Source: an uncultured Boseongicola sp. (GTDB lineage: Bacteria > Actinomycetota > Acidimicrobiia > Spongiisociales > ZC4RG35). From it: DNA of 64,000 nt. The notes beneath the pieces are model-generated. The model searched no databases. It was given only the letters and a program-made list of their open reading frames with translations, and had not been told where the DNA came from. Position 1 is the stretch's first letter. Every line of letters begins with the position of its first letter. The translations under genes and the position numbers were made by a program. Below, piece after piece: positions 60,676-64,000 of this stretch. The stretch spans positions 10,576 through 74,575 of the forward strand of contig CAXMMT010000078.1 of assembly GCA_964194555.1 (NCBI GenBank), read 5' to 3'.

Positions 60676-61428
60676 ATGAAAACCGATCGTCCTACCTGGC
60701 TACTGGTCACCGTGTTGCTGGCCTTGTCGTTGGCCGCTTGCGGCGTTACTTTGCCTGTCGAGCCGACAGAAGTTCCCCCTGGGACTGAGGCTCCAGAAAC
60801 GACGGATGCCCCTGCGACCACCGAGGCCCCTCCGACGAGCGAGGCTCCCGCTGAGGACGAGAGTGAAACCAACTGGCCGTTGCTGATCGGACTGTTTCTC
60901 CTGGCCTTCTTGCTGATAGGCATGATCATGGGCCGGTCGCGGAAGAAGGCTGCCGTTCCGGTTCCTGTCTCCGCAGAGAGGACATTCAAGGAATATGTCC
61001 GTGATGGGTACAGCGAGGCTCGTTGGCTGCTCGACGGGCTTACCGACGAGTTGGCGATATGGCGAGGAAACGCCCTCCACGACCACCGAACCGAAGCGGA
61101 CGACTCAGCAGGAACGGCGATGCTGGCGACATGGTCTCAGCTCGATGACCGAATGAATCAGGCCAAGGATGAGCTTTACCGGGCCGAGGCGGCTGCACCA
61201 GACCAGAACACTGCTCAGACGATACGTGCCACGATCTCAGCCCTCGGGGAGACACGGACAGCGGTAGACGCGCGTGCCGAAGCCAGACTCAACACCAGGC
61301 AGATCGAGTCAGCCGATCAGACGGCTTTGGCCGAGGCCCGCGAACGGGAGCGACTTTCCTCGGCGAATCTGGCTGAAAAGCGCCAGAAGCTCAACGACGC
61401 GTTGCTCGGTCTCAGCGCCGTCGTCTAA
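60676..61428 (+). CDS. Hypothetical membrane-anchored protein (signal/lipobox, Pro/Thr/Glu-rich linker, TM, coiled-coil)
   Basis: Start at MKTDRPTWLLVTVLLALSLAACG. TM segment WPLLIGLFLLAFLLIGMIMG. Confidence 0.5.
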   Translation: MKTDRPTWLLVTVLLALSLAACGVTLPVEPTEVPPGTEAPETTDAPATTEAPPTSEAPAEDESETNWPLLIGLFLLAFLLIGMIMGRSRKKAAVPVPVSAERTFKEYVRDGYSEARWLLDGLTDELAIWRGNALHDHRTEADDSAGTAMLATWSQLDDRMNQAKDELYRAEAAAPDQNTAQTIRATISALGETRTAVDARAEARLNTRQIESADQTALAEARERERLSSANLAEKRQKLNDALLGLSAVV

Positions 61429-61480
61429 TCACTCCATGGAAGGCTCGAAAGCCGACTGGCGCGATCGGCCTGGCTAAGTG

Positions 61481-61720
61481 TTAGGTGAAGAGAGTTACCG
61501 CGCCCCAGACACTCAGAAGCAGTCCGACTGCTGACAGAAACACAACTCTCCCTGATCGATATTGGGCGTGTTCCACCCCTTTGGGGGCCTTGCCTTGACG
61601 GTGCTTCCACCAGGCCAGCCCGTTTCCGATCAGCAGGGCCAGACCGAGACCGAGGATCAGCTCCGGCAAAAGGTTCTCGAAGTCGAGCAGGTCTCCCACG
61701 GTTGGCACGGTAACGCCGAA
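61481..61720 (-). CDS. Possible small two-TM membrane protein (only the C-terminal ~80 codons of the track ORF)
   Basis: Hydrophobic helices LILGLGLALLIGNGLAWW and VVFLSAVGLLLSVWGAV. The rest of track ORF 61481..62182 is antisense to thrB and was discarded. Confidence 0.3.
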   Translation of the reverse strand, partial: FGVTVPTVGDLLDFENLLPELILGLGLALLIGNGLAWWKHRQGKAPKGVEHAQYRSGRVVFLSAVGLLLSVWGAVTLFT

Positions 61721-61732
61721 TAGGCTGATTGC

Positions 61733-62581
61733 GTGAGCGAAATGGCTGTCGCCTCGGCACCGGCGACCACAGCGAACCTGGGCCCCGCGTTTGATTGCAT
61801 CGGACTGGCCCTCAGTCCCCGATGCACAGTGCGTGCCCGTGAGGCCGACGAGTGGTCGGTGGAGCATGTGGGGGAGTTTCGACCCGGCCCGACGGACGGC
61901 GACGGTGTGCTTGCTGCCGCACGCCAGGTCGTTGGTGAGAGGCCGCTGTCGATAGTGGTCGACACAGAGGTCCCCATAGGCAAGGGACTGGGCTCCTCGG
62001 CGGCGGCCTATGTCGCCGGGACAGCGGCGGCTCTTCGCGCAGTCGGCGAGGACGCCTCTCCAGATCGCGTGTTTCGCTTGGCGAAGGAGTTGGAGGGACA
62101 CGACGATCAGGTGGGTGCAGCGGTTTATGGCGGTTTGGTCCTCATCCCGGCCGAGGGGCTCCCGATGAGACTCCCCTTCCATCCATCGTTGAGGCCGGTA
62201 GTTGCCGTGCCACCGACGCGCTTGCCCACATACAAGGCCCGGTCCATCCTTGCTGACGAGATACCCAGGGATGTTGTGATACGAAGTTTGGCAAGAGTCT
62301 CCTCGCTCACGGTCGGACTCATCACCGGAGACCCCGGCATGCTCTCAGCCGCCCACGGCGATGAGATTCACGAGGCCCCGAGGGCTCACCTGAGTCCCGA
62401 AGTTGGTCACCTGATGGACGTGGCACGACGGGCAGGCGCTCTTCACGTGGCTAGATCGGGAGCCGGACCTTCGGTCGTAGCGATCACCACGTTCGATACG
62501 GCCGATCGCGTGGCGGATGCCTTCCGCAGCGAGGGGGTCGGAGTCATCAACGAGTCCATGGACACCACCGGCTTGGTTTGA
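61733..62581 (+). CDS. thrB: Homoserine kinase
   Basis: GHMP kinase motifs ATTANLGPAFDCIGLAL and PIGKGLGSSAA. Confidence 0.8.
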   Translation: MSEMAVASAPATTANLGPAFDCIGLALSPRCTVRAREADEWSVEHVGEFRPGPTDGDGVLAAARQVVGERPLSIVVDTEVPIGKGLGSSAAAYVAGTAAALRAVGEDASPDRVFRLAKELEGHDDQVGAAVYGGLVLIPAEGLPMRLPFHPSLRPVVAVPPTRLPTYKARSILADEIPRDVVIRSLARVSSLTVGLITGDPGMLSAAHGDEIHEAPRAHLSPEVGHLMDVARRAGALHVARSGAGPSVVAITTFDTADRVADAFRSEGVGVINESMDTTGLV

Positions 62582-62847
62582 GGTTTGGGTACCGGCCCCC
62601 CCAACCTCCGCCCATCGCTGCGGACGACCTACCAGGATTGGGAAGAGGGGCCCCAGCCGGATATGGGCGGCTGGTTTGGACGATTCCGGGTTGGCCGTAC
62701 CCGGTTTCGTCCGTCGCAACCCCCGTTGCATATCTCCTTTACGCCCGGCAAAGCTCGTTCGTCATGGATTTTCTATGACGATGGGCTGTTTGTGGGTGTA
62801 ATAGGGTTATGCAAGGAGTTTTCGCCGCAAGGATTGGTCGATAGCTG

Positions 62848-63390
62848 GTGAGCGACGCTCGTTTTTCGGAGGTCTACAACGCTTTTCACTGGCATGTCTA
62901 CGCGTACTGCTTCCATCGTACGAGTCGTGAGACGGTCGATGACGCTGTGGCGGACACGTTTCTCACCGCCTGGCGAAAAATCGAGAGAATTCCTGACGGT
63001 GCCGACGCTCTGCCATAGCTTTACAGCGTCGCCTATCGGGTCGTGGGGCGTCAGTGGAGAGGTGTTTCGCGTCGCAAGAATCTCGCTGAGAAGCTGGCCG
63101 GTGCAGGACTGGAGTATGTGACTCCACCGGAGACGTTTGTTGTTTCCAGCCACGAGAACGACCTGGTGGTCAGAGCAGTTTCCAAACTCAAGAGCAGCGA
63201 CCGAGAGATCCTCCGACTTGCCGTCTGGGAAGATCTGGATCGGCCACAAGTCGCCATGGTGCTCGGCATTAGCACCGATGCAGTCAGACAGAGGCTGTAT
63301 GAGGCACGAAAACGTCTCGTTTCCGAATATGAGCGTTTAGAGCGTAAACGAACCCCATCCCCCGCTCCTGAGAAAGGAGGTACATTGTGA
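62848..63390 (+). pseudogene. ECF sigma-70 family sigma factor interrupted by an in-frame amber codon (TAG at 63016-63018) at the conserved Trp of the ...P-W-LYxxA motif
   Basis: One reading frame from GTG 62848 gives region 2 (FSEVYNAFHWHVYAYCFHR...DTFLTAWRKIERI...ALP*LYSVAYRVVGRQ) and region 4 (EILRLAVWEDLDRPQVAMVLGISTDAVRQRLYEARKRL). The stop splits it into two track ORFs. A TGG to TAG change is a single transition. Confidence 0.6.
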
Positions 63391-64000
63391 AGACCGAAGA
63401 ACGCCTGATGGCGATGTACGCCGACGCCAATCCGATAGAGCTTGTCGACTTGCTTGACATGGTTGGCGTTGACCACGCCGCGTACCTCGCAACCCTTGCC
63501 CAAAGGAGCAGCGACATGACGGAGCTAGACACCAAGTCAACAGAATCAAAGAAACCTCGGCGACCGATAGTGTCTTGGCTGATAGCAGCCGGAGTGGCCA
63601 CCGTCATCGGGGTGGCGATCATCATTGCCGCTCAGAACACTGACGAAGCACCGGTCGTCGATCAGCCAACAACCACAGCGGGACCGGTCACCATCGAGAC
63701 CGTGCTCGATTTGAGCGAATCGCCTATCCGCGGGACTTTCGAGGTCACAGAAGGCGCTGATGTCCTTGGGTGTTCCAGCGGAACCTTGGTGTCGATGAAC
63801 TCGGAGACCTTCGGGAAGGATGACAATGTCATGACATGTGAGTCCGGCTCGAATACGGGGACTTTCACCATCATCTACAACCGTGAGCTGTTCGACTGGA
63901 GTGTTCTGGAAAGCTCCGACGACTTCGCCGGTCTGCAAGGTGAAGGGCGCTTCTCTTTTGTCTTCACTAGCGCAAGTAGAATCGTGGAGACGTTCACAGG
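63387..64000 (+). CDS. Putative anti-sigma factor / membrane protein, start-stop overlapped with the sigma gene; 3' end outside the window
   Basis: The GTG start overlaps the sigma TGA (GTGA). Single TM helix IVSWLIAAGVATVIGVAIIIAA. The frame is open to the window end with high GC3. Confidence 0.5.
   Translation, partial: MKTEERLMAMYADANPIELVDLLDMVGVDHAAYLATLAQRSSDMTELDTKSTESKKPRRPIVSWLIAAGVATVIGVAIIIAAQNTDEAPVVDQPTTTAGPVTIETVLDLSESPIRGTFEVTEGADVLGCSSGTLVSMNSETFGKDDNVMTCESGSNTGTFTIIYNRELFDWSVLESSDDFAGLQGEGRFSFVFTSASRIVETFT

Noticed and set aside
61721-62182. N-terminal two-thirds of track ORF 61481..62182 (-)
   Set aside because: It is antisense to thrB (61733-62581), which has clear GHMP-kinase motifs. 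Only the distal ~80 codons (61481-61720) look like a plausible small membrane protein.
62345-62731. 128-aa minus ORF overlapping the thrB 3' end
   Set aside because: Antisense to thrB, Arg/Gly-rich, and without any recognisable motif.

Overview
High-GC (about 65%) actinobacterial chromosomal window centred on the replication origin, with gene order very close to the Mycobacterium oriC neighbourhood. The minus strand carries dnaA-dnaN-recF-DUF721(dciA-like)-gyrB-gyrA-DUF3566. The plus strand runs divergently from the dnaA upstream region with rpmH-rnpA-yidD-yidC-jag-rsmG-parA-parB. Next come a cwlM-like amidase, trxA, trxB, a sigM-like ECF sigma with its anti-sigma, an MviN-C-terminal-like pseudokinase membrane protein, a CCA-adding enzyme, and rpsF-ssb-rpsR-rplI-dnaB further downstream. 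The first 20 kb is metabolic: Leu/Val dehydrogenase with a fused E1 alpha/beta branched-chain keto-acid dehydrogenase; a MetE-like protein; a GlnA-like/SDR/class-I glutamine amidotransferase cluster; glpD with a CUT1 ABC importer; and two large cyclase-NTPase-TPR signalling proteins. The calls with the most direct sequence support: (1) an AhpD-like selenoprotein gene with an in-frame UGA exactly at the second Cys of the catalytic CxxCxxxH motif, which the ORF track splits into two ORFs; (2) a ~168-bp MITE/REP-like element with 15-bp terminal inverted repeats in three copies, whose CTAG termini supply stop codons for adjacent genes; (3) an ECF sigma factor interrupted by an amber codon at the conserved Trp, with its start-stop-overlapped downstream anti-sigma-like ORF intact; (4) DnaA-box clusters on both sides of dnaA and parS-like palindromes inside parA and rsmG. 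No CRISPR array, intein or obvious defence island was seen.
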